A DNA stretch of 64,000 bases from Octopus sinensis (Eukaryota), in contig NC_043007.1 in assembly GCF_006345805.1 (NCBI RefSeq), positions 434,001 to 498,000 on the forward strand, in the 5' to 3' direction. The notes under the pieces are model-generated. The model made no database searches. It was given only the letters and a program-made list of their open reading frames with translations, and was not told where the DNA came from. Positions within the stretch are counted from its first letter, which is position 1. Each line of letters begins with the position of its first letter. The position numbers and the translations under genes were made by a program. This document shows, piece after piece, positions 11,875 to 23,447 of this stretch.

Positions 11875-12130
11875 TCTTTTCTACTCTATGTACAAGGCCC
11901 GAAATTTTGGGGGAGGGGTCAAGTCGATATCATCGACCCCAGTGCATAACTGATACTTGATTTATCGACCCCGAAAGGATGAAAGGCAAAGTCGACCTCG
12001 GTGGAATTAGAACTCAGAACATAACGGCAGACGAAATACCGCTAAGCATTTCGCCCGGCGTGCCAGTTCGATTTCATTATTAGCCACAAGGGCCCAAACA
12101 TAGAGGGGGACAAACAAGGAGAGGTAGGAC
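11875..12130 (-). mobile_element. tRNA-derived SINE family B, headless copy plus tail fragment
   Basis: ATCGACCCCGAAAGGATGAAAGGCAAAGTCGACCTCGG.GGAATT.GAACTCAGAAC is shared by more than 15 copies in the window. Confidence 0.85.
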
Positions 12131-12262
12131 ACCACAGAGGGGACAATACATAGAACGAATATGATGAGATGATTATACAATAATGGGGTTGTGAATGGCT
12201 GCATGCGCCCCTCATCACATGCATCACCATTAATCTTTTTAAACTGTCTGTTTTTATCATGT

Positions 12263-12663
12263 ACTAGCAGTATCACCCGGCGTTGCTCGGGTTTGTAAGG
12301 GAAATAACTATATAAGCATTTTTAGAGATGTAAAGTATAATAGCCATCTCAATATGGCTAACTACAAAGGGGGGGGTGTTACTGTAGCTTTTTACGTTCT
12401 GAGATTTAATAATACATTTTTAGAGAGTTACTTCCCTTATATAATAGCAAAAAAATGCATTAAAAATGGGAAAAATTGATGGCAACTTTTTTTTAAATCG
12501 TAGACTCATCGTAGACGCGCGCTAATACCCAGAAGGGCTCGATATGAATCACGACTATAAGATACCCGGTTTTGGTTAAACTGCACCGCAAAATGTGGGA
12601 GTAGTTAGGAATCTAAATCGTAGGAGACAGACAGCACACAACCTCACTTTTATATATAAAGAT
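12263..12663 (+). mobile_element. Helentron/Helitron2-type non-autonomous element (HINE, DINE-1/Lep1-like)
   Basis: The 5' end ACTAGCAGTATCACCCGGCGTTGCTCGGG carries a palindromic subterminal hairpin. The 3' end is GACAGACAG...CTTTTATATATAAAGAT followed by TTT. No TSD was seen. The same termini occur at 15241-15622. Confidence 0.65.
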
Positions 12664-12838
12664 TTTCATAACAATTAATTATCGTCTACCATTACAATTA
12701 TTTGAACCATTTATACGTTCTCTAACATTGTTCTTCTATTTTCCGATATTATTAAACATAACATAAAACACTATTTCTTTTTCCTTTTTTGTCCTCCTTT
12801 TTCTTTTTTCCTGTCGCGTTGGCATACTTATCTATTTT

Positions 12839-13347
12839 TTAGTAATATTTCATTAGTAGTTCGATTTCTACTAAATCCACTTCTGGTGGCAATTCTCTGA
12901 ATTCCACCCTTATTCCTGATGGGTCAATATTATCTCCACATATTTCTTGCAGTCTCTTATAACTTTCCTCTTCAATCACTATCACCTTCATGTCCTCTGC
13001 ATATATGTATGCTCGTACCTTTACTCTTACTATTTGGTTGAACTTGAGTATTTTCTTCTCTGTTTCAATATTCTTCGGGTAGATTACGTAATACCATACA
13101 CCGTTTCCTTTAATTTTCTTTCCTTTACTTTGGCTTTTCTGTTCTCTCTTTTCCTCCTCCACTCTAAACAGTCTCTCCAATTCTTCTTCGGCCATCTGAA
13201 TTTCCGAATCCTCATCTGAATTTCCGAATCCTTTTCTACCGGAACAACTGGTTTCTTTACTTGTAACTCCACTTTCTTTTTACTTTCTTTCTCTATCACC
13301 CTATTGCCTGCCTTCCTGTTGACCTCTTTCACAGTTTCTTTTCTCAT
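12839..13347 (-). pseudogene. Probable LINE (L1/Tx1-like) ORF1 fragment, frameshifted by a 20-bp tandem duplication
   Basis: A Lys/Glu-rich coil is followed by IRVEFRELPPEVDLVEIELLMKYY*KI, which resembles the RRM of LINE ORF1p. ORFs 13347- and 13195- fuse in frame if one copy of CATCTGAATTTCCGAATCCT (13193-13232) is removed. Confidence 0.45.
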
Positions 13348-13405
13348 ACCTTCTCTCTTCTTTTTCTATGTCTCTGGCGGAGAACCTATCCCTCCGATCT
13401 CTCTA

Positions 13406-14147
13406 CCTTACATTGAAAGAAAATTAACAGCAATACTACAGTAAGTGTCTTCATTCTATTATTTTAAGGCGGACGGGTTCATTCTGAGGGTATTTTCACT
13501 ATTTTCAGTAAGTCAAAGCGACAACAAGTATACTTCTCGTTCGTTGTCCAGTTAGAAATGAAATGTAGACTCACATTTCACATGACTATTTGTACCGAAT
13601 TTAACGCATATTTTTTCTTCTTTTCAAACATGGCTGCGGCAAAGAAACTTTTCAATATGTATCAATTTTTTTACTGCCCACAAGGGGCTAAACACAGAAG
13701 GGGACAAACAAGGACAGACAAACGGATTAAGTCGAATTCATCGACCCCATTGCGTAACTGGTAATTATTTTATCGACCCCGAAAGGATGAAAGGCAAAGT
13801 CGACCTCGGCGGAATTTGAACTCGGAACGTAAAGACAGACGAACTACCGCCCGGAGTGCTAAAGTTTCTGCCAACTCGCCGCCTTACATTGAAAGGAAAT
13901 TAACAGGAATATCACAGTAAGTGTGTTCATTCTATTGTTTTAAGGCGAACGGGTTCATTTTGAGGGCATTTTCACTATTTTCTATAGGTCAAAACGACAA
14001 CGAAGACACTTACCTTCTGGCTCGTCGTTGTCCAGTTAGAAATGAAATGCAGACTCACATTTCACATGACTATTTCTACCGTATTTAAAGCATATTTTCC
14101 TTCTTTTCAAACATGGCTGCGGCAAAGAAACTTTTCAATATGCATCA
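13406..14147 (+). repeat. Diverged direct repeat of about 260 bp (13406-13664, 13882-14147) flanking a SINE B copy
   Basis: CCTTACATTGAAAG.AAATTAACAG...TTTTCAAACATGGCTGCGGCAAAGAAACTTTTCAATATG.ATCA occurs twice. Confidence 0.9.
13665..13884 (-). mobile_element. SINE family B, near full-length
   Basis: Tail CCACAAGGGGCTAAACACAGA..., central GAAAGGATGAAAGGCAAAGTCGACCTCGGCGG, and head CTGCCAACTCGCCGCCTT. Confidence 0.9.
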
Positions 14148-14619
14148 TATCTTGAATTATGTAGATTTTATTACACAATCTCTTTTTTCTGGCAACAAAC
14201 GATAATTTCTTGCCAACATCAATCACGCCACTGGTGACTAAAATCGCTGAGCACACACTTATCTTTCTCTGAGATACTGTGTATCATACCTTGGGTTTAG
14301 CTGGTTATCTTGACAAAGGTTGGAAAACCACTTTAATATCAGAGAATTAATCCACCTTCATCGATTCCAGTCTTTTAAAAACAATTTCATGTGATTTGCT
14401 TTCTTTCTCATTCAAATCGTTTTCTCTCTGCGTCTGTGATAGTTTATGTTGTTTTTTTCTCGCTTCTTTTGTTTTCTACTTGTTTTTATACAATTTTCTG
14501 TGTGGCCAACTTTGAATGAAGAAATACAATCAGATGGAAACGCCGGTAACCCAAACTCCACCTACATCACAAAATCTTGTCTGTTGTTAACACACATATT
14601 ATAAAGTTGTTCACAACGT

Positions 14620-14800
14620 AGGCGCAGGAGTGGCTGTGTGGTAAGTAGCTTGCTTACCAACCACATGGTTCTGGGTTCATTCTCACTGCGTGGCACCTTG
14701 GAGAAGTGTCTTCTTCTATAGCCTCGGGCTGACCAAAGCCTTGTGAATGCATTTGGTAGACGGAAAGTGAAAGAAGCCCGTCGTATATATGTATATATGG

Positions 14801-14847
<47 letters not shown>

Positions 14848-15070
14848 GACGGGCTTCTTTCACTTTATATATATTTGTGTGTATATATATTTGTATGTCT
14901 GTGTTTGTCTCCCTAACATCGCTTGACAACCGACGGTGGTGTGTTTACGTTCTCGTAACTTAGCGGTTCGGCAAAAGAGACCGATAGCATAAGTACTAGG
15001 CTTACAAATAATAAGTCTAGGGGTCGATTTGCTCGACTAAAGGCTAAATGACTAAAACAAGTAAAAGAGT
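14620..15070 (+). mobile_element. SINE family A, full-length with expanded internal (TA)n
   Basis: Head AGGCGCAGGAGTGGCTGTGTGGTAAGTAGC through tail AAACAAGTAAAAGAGT. Confidence 0.9.
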
Positions 15071-15240
15071 AATGATTAGAATATTCACGTTCAAATCTCA
15101 TAGAATGTGTTCAGAATGAATATACTCATCATTGTCTTAAAATTTTGTCTCAGTAATTCTAGGACATATTATAGTATAGCAAGTCTCTTGAGTAGAGTGC
15201 GTGTTAAAACTGAAACTATTGCATGAAAGAGCCGTTCTAA

Positions 15241-15622
15241 TCTCTCTATATATATAAAGCTGAAGTTGTCTGTGTATGGCAGGTTTGGTAGCCTTCAACT
15301 AACACTATCTCCTCGGAGACCCTGCGGCACAAGTTGACCAAAATTGAGAGTATAATAGAAGAAGGCTTGCTCTTCATTCCGTAGAAGAAAAAATCCAAAT
15401 CGGACCATGTTAACACCAAATATTATTTACATCAAAAAGGTGCTTTTTTTTTCTATGAAAATCCCTATTTTTTACGATTTTTTGACTGCTGTGTCGCTAT
15501 TTTTCGGAAAATATTCACTTAAAGAGAATAACAAGCTACATAATGCAAAATTTTTACATTTCAAAAATTCCAATTCTAAAGGGTCGAAACAAACCCGAGC
15601 AACGCCGGGCGATACTGCTAGT
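15241..15622 (-). mobile_element. Helentron-type non-autonomous element, second subfamily (same termini, different interior)
   Basis: The minus-strand 5' end ACTAGCAGTATCGCCCGGCGTTGCTCGGGTTTGT has 1 mismatch to the 12263 copy. The 3' end is ...CTTTATATATATAGAG. Confidence 0.65.
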
Positions 15623-16121
15623 ACTATTTAAACGGCGGAAAATGCTGTGTATTTATTTAATGACAAGTGGGAACTTTTGTCGCATAATGTGAAGTGAATT
15701 GAACAGAGCTATGAGCGTTATTAAATTATTACAATAGCTTCACTACAATGTTATTGATTCAACGGCATTGCATTCCTTTATAATTACATCAACATGACTA
15801 ATATTCTAAGCAAACATCAATTATACTAATGAAACAGTGATTTTCCGCTTTAAGATAGATTGAATATGCAAAGGGTTACGAAGAAGCTCTATTATGCAGT
15901 TAAATCTCTGAATATTAGATTTAGGGAAACTCGCTCTGAAATAAAGAACAAACCTCGAACAAAACAACGAATGAAGCGAAGATTCTTTACGATATCAGAA
16001 TCATTTAACGATATTGTTGATATTATTTTTCGGAAATTCAATAAGTATCATTCATATAACGTATGGGATATCAGCCCTGATCCAGTGGATCTATCATCAT
16101 ACGCATTCTGGTTGTGAATAT

Positions 16122-16599
16122 GTTTCTTTATTACCCACAAGGGGCTAAACATAGAGGAGACAAACGGATTAAGTCGATTACATCGACCCCAGTGCGTAAC
16201 TGGTACTTAATTTATCGACCCCGAAAGGATGAAAGGCAAAGTTGACCTCGGTGGAATTTGAACTCAGAACGTAACGGCAGACGAAATACGTCTACGCATT
16301 TCGCCCGGCGTGCTAACGGTTCTGCCAGCTCGCCGTCTTATAAAATAAATGCGCCCTTTTTAAAGCCTAGCCAGGCTCATAGGCCCAGTTTCCCGGTTCC
16401 TATGGCGTATGTATCATCCATCTGGACGAGACGCCAGTCCATCGCAGCGTTACTTATTTTTGCCAGCTGAGTGGACTGCAGAAACGTGAAATGAAGTGTT
16501 TTGCTCAAGAACACAACGCGTCGCCCGGTCCAGGAATCGAAACCACCATCTTACGATCGTGGTGCTGACACCCTAACCCTTAACCCACGCGCCTCCACA
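16122..16599 (-). mobile_element. Composite SINE: family E (tRNA head, CORE-like, V-like domain; 16345-16599) joined to family B (16122-16340), with a shared 13-bp TSD
   Basis: Family E head GTGGAGGCGCGTGG..GGTTTCGATTCCTGGACC, GTGTTCTTGAGCAAAACACTT and GCGATGGACTGGCGTCTCGTCCAG. Flanks are TGGTTGTGAATAT (16109-21) and TGGTTGTAAATAT (16600-12). Confidence 0.75.
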
Positions 16600-18229
16600 T
16601 GGTTGTAAATATCATATCTTAAGTAATTATGGTTCTGCTGCCGTTTGGGACAGACTTGGTTACCAATACAAGAACCTCCCTTAGTATTTATTTACTAGGA
16701 TCACTCCTAGTCAGTAATCCTAATTTCAAAGTTATTCGAGCTATCTATCACCAATCTATGGTTTTATATGTGTGTATGGATTTATGTATTTATCTGAAGC
16801 TACTGTATTGTTCATTGTCTCCTTAAAACAATAATGTGATTTAGGGGACACTCAGCCGCCTGTGTCTAACGTAATAAATAGCAACATAGAGTCAGTTTCG
16901 CTCGTCATTTCGTGAAAACTTTAGTAATTATATCAGATGGATTGTTTTTATTAAATGAAATGATAATACGGAACTATCTCTGAATATTAAGTTAATTCTT
17001 ATTATTCCTTTTATACTTGTGAAAGCAACATTAGCGTATCTATTTAGAATGCATTAAATGTATATATTGGCTAACAGGCAATTAAAACCATAGATAGCTT
17101 TTACTGTTAACCATAAGATAGCTCAGACGTATTTGCAATTGTCTTTCTCGCAAACATTAAGAGATATCTTTTGTTTAAGATGTAGGATCGTTTATGTTAA
17201 CAAAGAATGAAGAATTAGCAATTATGCTTTGTGTTACCAAACTACTAATGTATCGTTCGGATAGTGGGATGAAACAAAATTTTAAAAACTAACAATATCG
17301 ATATTAAACAAAACATCTTACAATAATAAAATTATGATACATAACACGTTATATACTCATAAAGGGAACTACGCAATTGTTTTTATTCTAAAGCACGTGA
17401 TCTTTTGTACACATTTTCGTGTGGAACGGTTTGCTATATTTGGAGGGTTTTATGAGTAGATGGAAGGCCGGCAAGATATGCAGAATCGGTTTTCAAGTTC
17501 AAAATGGGACAGATAATAAGCACCTATACATTGTTTTTAATGTGTAGGCTGACAGGAGCTCTTATATCATTTCCCAAATACCAAATACATTGACAGATAC
17601 GGATATACCGTATGATAAATATAGAAAACATAAACCTTTAAGCGCAAACATAAGCCACTACACGAGAATCTGGGAAACAGATTATATTTCAAGAAAGAAT
17701 ATTATGTTTAGAAATACAAATAAAAATAAGATATAAAATATGTGAAATACGAATAGGTGAAATGCTGAAAATACTGACGTAGACATTTTGGAATACACGA
17801 AAAGATATTAGACAAATACAGACGTACAAGTGATCGCAAGCATTATTGGGTGGTTAAGAAATTCGATTCGCATCTTTGTGCCTATTGGAAAAGTGTCTTT
17901 AAACATGACCGTGGTCCAGGCAAAGCCAGGTGAGCGAAACTTAATAGAAGGAGATTGTGTGGAACATCATCGCGGTTTCGGTTTCTGGCTTCTTATTTCA
18001 TCCGACATCCAGTTTAAAAGTACCACCTTCTGTTTCACTAACTTTTGTGGAATTATCTTCAGTGTGTTCCTTAAACCCCTAACTTTAATGTGATGTTGAA
18101 TTCCATCCTGCTATCCACCAATCTTGGACACAATGAAAAGGATCGCGGGAATAGTCTTTTCTCCTCTAAACCATAGGAACAACAGACACACATACATAGG
18201 CTCACAAGCATAAACACAAACACACTCAT

Positions 18230-18267
<38 letters not shown>

Positions 18268-18765
18268 ATATGTATTCTTTGTTTATGAAGGCCCATCATA
18301 GGAAATGACAGCGTCGATCCAAGACATTTATCCTCCACCATCTCCAGCAGATGTAACAAGAGGGATGCGAGTTACAATGATCTTGTGGAACCGTGAGCAC
18401 CGAAAGTGAGCCCAAACAACAGCGGCAGGGGGGCGGGCTGTTAGTGACGACCTCTCCTCTTTCATGCTTTCAGTTTCAAAGCGCTCCATTGCAGCATCAC
18501 ACACGAATCTCCATGTCTTCCGATTAACCGCCAGAGACTCCAACCGATTGGGAGAGACACTGTATAAGATGTTATATAGCTTGAGAAGATAATGAAACCG
18601 AAGTTTTGTTCGGCCATGTGGCTTACTTCCAGTCTCGATCATCCTGAAGAAGACCACTTCTAGGAGTCGCCGTTTATCCATCGTCCGAATCACATGGCCA
18701 ACCCAACGGAGAATGATCCAGGCCTCACGCTGCAGATCCCTAAGGAGGATTTCGGTATGCAATGC
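18268..18765 (-). mobile_element. RTE-clade LINE, 3' end of ORF2, degenerate and 5'-truncated
   Basis: ORF 18328..18762 contains LRWVGHVIR.MDKRRL...GSKPHGRTKLRF...LAVNRKTWRFVCDAAMERFE, the RTE post-RT signature. It ends in (TA)n. Confidence 0.85.
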
Positions 18766-20436
18766 ATAAAATTACGGTTGTAGTCATGGCTGAGTGATTA
18801 ACCTTTTGTTTCGTAGCTGCTTACCTCGTAGTTCGGTCCTACTGCACGACTGTCTACAACAATACCTTGGAAGGTAAACTGGTAAAGAGAAACTGAGCTG
18901 AAACCCCTATTCTCAAGGGTCAATCTTTCTACTGAGGTTTAAATCTAATACGTCGCTGGGTTTAATACAAAACTCTGGTTGGTCTTTGGGTCCCCTTTGC
19001 AGAATCTATTCCCTCACAAGCACTTAGACATAATCAGGGGTCTGAGGTTAACTCATTCCCCGCCGCCTTTCTCCCATTGGTGTTTGAGACTCAGAGGAGA
19101 GTGACGTGCACGCTTCTTTCTAAGAAGTCGAATGACCACGTCCATGCTTTCGCTGGTTCAAACCGGCGGTTTTCTTACAGTTTATTGCGTATATTATTAT
19201 TGTTGTTAGGCTTGGTCAAGGTCAGATTTGATCGAACAGGCCAATGATGAAAAGGTTTCCAAACACGATTATCCAGTCTTTATGTAATTCAGAGACCACA
19301 GACCCTCTTATATGAAACCTACGATAGGCAGCAGCACGTTTCTTTGCGTATTCTTTAAACAAGTACGCTAGCTTTTACTGATGAAACACATCTATGTCGA
19401 AACGCTGTGTCTTAAAATTTCTTTATGTCAATGAAGTGAGTACATTGTCAATACACATCGCTTGAACGGAGGAGTTTTTTGAAGATTGAATGCAACAGCA
19501 ATTAACATGCTCGCCTTTAAATCTGCCGGAACGCATTGCGTATTATAGTTTATTGATTATATTAGAGTTGTTCCTTGCTTTGTTTAGCTCCGGGTCAGAT
19601 TTAATCGAAAAGGCTAGTGATGAAAGCCATTCTGACAATTACCATCCTGTGTTTTTCTCTTTTACAGAGCACATTCCCTAACGTGTTCTTTTCGTTTTGA
19701 AGACGGTAGGATGTAATTTAGGAACGATTAGCTTCCATTTCTAGCATGTGGATGTGCCTCGTAGAAGCTCCTTTGGTTTGAATGTATCGTATTCTTAGCT
19801 AGAAACGCTAGTATTGAATGACATTCTGAAGCTGTTGTAATAATTTCTTCTACTTCTAATATCAGGCATATCTATATAAGATATCTACTGTCATATTAAA
19901 AGTTGTGGTAGTTTGATATTTGTGTAGTTGTTGAGTTTCATTTTGGCAAATTTGCAGTAATTTTGACAGACTTTGCCAAACAAAACCAGAGTTATTGTAA
20001 TTTGCAACGGAATAGTAGTTTCTCACATTTCCCAAATCATATTAAGTAGACTAGGACCAAAACGCTCAACTTTTGCAAAGAAATAGAAATTGTACGTGTC
20101 TTACTGTCATCGCAATCTCGATTTTGATAAGACAGTTAACGAAGAAGTTTCAATATATGTACTTCAAGTTTTATTCCTCTCTCTCCCCGTTTCTCTCTCT
20201 CTCCCACTCTCTTTCTCTTTGTATACATGTGTATATATTGGCAGTTTTATATTATGTACAATTTGAAATCAACAAAAAAGAAACGTTAACTAGATATTTA
20301 TATATGCCTGTTACTTGATTTATCTGTCATTAATTGGATACTGACACCTCATACACACTTTTGATATTAAATACACATTTAAAGATACATACACATGCAG
20401 TTCTATATATAAGCGATGGGGGATTATGTACGTTAC

Positions 20437-20669
20437 TTACATTATTTACATTTGACGGATATTTGTCCTCATCTTGTTTGTGGTTAACACAACGTTTCGC
20501 TTGATATACCCTCCAGCCTTCATCAGGTGTCTTGGGGAATTTCGAATGGGAACCCAGGTTCGAAATTTTCCCAAGACACCTGATGAAGGCTGGAAGGTAT
20601 ATCAGCCGAAACGTTGTGTTAACAACAAACAAGATGAGGACAAATATTTGTCAAATGTAAATAATGTAA
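20437..20669. mobile_element. PLE family D fold-back, with two inverted termini around a short spacer
   Basis: TTACATTATTTACATTTGAC...GTGTCTTGGGGAATTTCGAA is inverted as TTCGAAATTTTCCCAAGACAC...GTCAAATGTAAATAATGTAA. Confidence 0.9.
20575..20620 (+). ncRNA. Minimal type-I hammerhead ribozyme (extra A after A9), predicted cleavage GUU after 20615
   Basis: GACAC-CTGATGA-A-GGCTG-(10 nt)-CAGCC-GAAAC-GTT-GTGTT. Stem I is 5 bp and stem III is the palindrome ACGT. The antisense partner at 20486-20531 has a damaged stem II. Confidence 0.7.
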
Positions 20670-20903
20670 AAAAATATACACACACATATAAAAATATACA
20701 CTGTATGCCAGAAAGATATGTTCGATAAAATAAATGTCTTGCGAGGTAATGTTGGAAGGTCTAACGTAGTCTCTGGAACTGCTAAACATATCGACCTAAT
20801 CACATTCAAACCACACCTCAATTCTCAATTTTAAATAAACATGTCTATAATGGAATGTGTTGTCTATGATATACAAATACACAAAATGGCTACGGTTGAA
20901 ACA

Positions 20904-20994
20904 TTGGGTTGTCCTGAATTTCGTGCCGATTTTTAAAGGAAAGAAAAAGGTCAATAAATACTTGCCATTACATTTTAATTAACCAAATATGAAC
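20904..20994 (-). mobile_element. Mariner right-end fragment (TIR plus 3' UTR), same family as 60356-61632
   Basis: TTGGGTTGTCC.GAA.TTCGTGCCGATTT..AAAGGAAAGAAA.AGGTCAATAAATAC is the reverse complement of 61545-61632. Confidence 0.8.
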
Positions 20995-21093
20995 CAAAGT
21001 CGACCTCGGCGGAATTTGAATTCAGAACGTAAAGGCAGACGAAATACTGCAAAGCATTTCGCCCGGCGTGCTAACGATTCTGCCAGCTCGCCG
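20995..21093 (-). mobile_element. SINE family B, head half
   Basis: AAAGTCGACCTCGGCGGAATTTGAATTCAGAAC...CTGCCAGCTCGCCGC. Confidence 0.85.
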
Positions 21094-22059
21094 CATTTTG
21101 CGCGCCATCTGTTGGCACGCTTCAGAACTAGTCCAGGAACGTTTGATACCACCTCGTATATATTTTCGTCTATATTTTGAGACATTTCAGCAGCCATTTT
21201 GAATTTCTTTTAGTTTGTTTTTCATACATTTGACAAGACACATTTTTGATATCTTCTATCTTCCTGAACAAATTATCAATTTACAGTAGACTTTACTGAT
21301 TCCCTTGTATTTTAAATAGAAAAAAATAAAGAAATAATCATTCAATTTAATATCCATCATTCTTGAGGTTTTTTCTTGGTATTTCTTTTATTTCTTCCAA
21401 TTTAAAACTCAACCGTCTCGAGTCTTACACTTCTGATGCTCCAAGATAGATCTTAAATTTTCTTGTCAAAATACATTTTCTATTTCTGTGATTTCAAATG
21501 ACTTAAATTACCACCGATACTAAAAACATTGTAATCTTTAAATAAATACTTTCTTTTTTCCATTTGTATTTATTTATACTTCCAGTATCATTTCCTTTGT
21601 CTAGCAACAGACATAATTATGAAACCTGTTCAATAATTTTTTAGTATCTATTATTTTCAGTGATTCCTTGTTTTGTTTACTTTTTAAATATTTTATGTAG
21701 AAATAGTTTTGTTGTTTGGTTTGTTCACTTTATGTCTATTTTATTCTCTAAATTCCTCTTGTTTGGTTTTCGCAAATTTTCTTAAATTTTTGTAATAGAC
21801 CTTGGTTTATATTTGAAACCAAAACTAAAAACGAAACCAAAACAACATGGCCATATTTTATGCTGTGTCTTGCTAAATTTATGCTCACAACAGACGTTTC
21901 CAATTCAATGTGTATTTGATGACTGTGAGACTGCAGACATATTATGCCTATTCTTTTCATTAAGTTAACGGTTTCGAACATAGATCAATGTAGGTAAAGA
22001 AAATAAGCAACTAGTGAAGTAGGAAAAGGAAAAAAACAATATTAGACATTTTCTAATAT

Positions 22060-22725
22060 TGGCACGATGTGGGAAAATTCAGGCGGTATGTGTGTGTGTG
22101 TGGTGGGGGTTAAATTGATCAGTTACATTGATCACAGGTCCTCACTTTATCGATCCCGATGGATGAGATACAAAGTTATTCTCGTTGGCATTTGAACTCA
22201 GAACGTAAAGAGGGACGAAATTCCACAAGGCATTTTTTTCTGGCTTGCTAATTCTTATTTCTTTACTGCCCACAAGGGGCTACACACAGAGGGGACATAC
22301 AAGGACAGACAAACAGATTACGTCGATTATATCGATCCCAGTGCGTAACTGGTACTTATTTAATCAACTCCGAAAAGATGAAAGGCAAAGTCAACCTCGG
22401 CGGAATTTGAACTCAGAACGTAAAGGCAGACGAAATACTGCTAAGCATTTCGCCCGGCGTGCTAACGTTTCTGCCAGATCGCCGTCATCGGCTTGCTAAT
22501 AATTCTATCAGCTCACAGTCTTGAAAAATAATAGTAATTTTTTTTCAAATTTGACACAAGACCAGCAGTTTTGTATCGACCGCAGTCTGCGACAATATTT
22601 AATTTACCAACAACGAAGGGTGAAAGGCAACGACGACCTCATTAGAATAAGAGCTCTGAATGTAAAGACGGACGAAATGTTGTTCCGTATTTTGCCAGGC
22701 GAGCGAATGATTCTGACAGCTCGTC
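22060..22725 (-). mobile_element. Cluster of three co-oriented SINE B copies of differing age
   Basis: The core GAAAGGCAAAGTC.ACCTCGG...GAACTCAGAACGTAAAG recurs at about 22150-22230, 22370-22485 and 22610-22720. Confidence 0.75.
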
Positions 22726-23212
22726 ATCTTGAAAAATAAAAAGTTGATAATAAAAATAACAAGAAACAAAAGTACTTTTGCGAATGTTGCTTCCTGCTGG
22801 AAAAAATGCTTACCGTCTGCCCTAGAAATTTGCGTCGAATTTGTGATCGTTAGAGCATTGTATAAGATGTCTCGGTGTGTTTGTTCCAATATTCTGCTCT
22901 CGGTGTTCAAATCTCACAGAGGTCAACTTGACTTTTTATCCTTTTGGTATAAAAAAGAAAGTGCCGCGCCAGGGCGGGGGTGGGGTATCAGAATTCATAG
23001 ATGATCAAGCAAGATGCCTTGTAGTATATGTTCCAGCCATTTACATTTTGGCACTCCTGCAGCAACGACTTTGGTAAAATCCTGTATTGATCCTAAGCGG
23101 TACTTTTTCTTTTAGACAGCGTCAGTGGCGTGGCGAGAGTAGACTTGCACGCATAGATGAATATCAGCCTTGAAAAGGACACAAAAAAAAGAACAGAGAA
23201 AGAAAAAATAAT

Positions 23213-23447
23213 ACCTATTTCTTTACTATCCAGAAGGGGCTAAACACAGAGAGGACAAACAAGGACAGACAAACAGATTAAGTCGATTACATCGGCTCCA
23301 GTGCGTAACTGGTACTTATTTAATCGACCCCGGAAAGATGAAAGGCAAATCGACCTCGGCGGAATTTGAACATAGAACGTAGCGGCAGACGAAATGCCGC
23401 AAAGCATTTCGCCCGGCTTGCCAACGTTTCTGCCAGCTCGCCACCTT
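23213..23447 (-). mobile_element. SINE family B, full-length
   Basis: Tail CCTATTTCTTTACT through head CCAGCTCGCCACCTT. Confidence 0.9.

Noticed and set aside
15860-16075. ORF resembling the PLE RT-to-GIY-YIG linker (RRFFTI...IIFRKFN)
   Set aside because: The similarity is weak, the sequence is AT-rich, and no RT or GIY-YIG motif is visible; it needs a BLASTX or HMM search.
19373-19417. CTGATGA...GAAAC...GTC hammerhead-like motif (+)
   Set aside because: Stem II has an A-C mismatch at its base and stem I is out of register by one nucleotide; at best a fossil.
21300-21640. Minus-strand KIYLG segment as a degenerate GIY-YIG endonuclease
   Set aside because: Many stops and only a 4-5 residue match; cannot be distinguished from chance.
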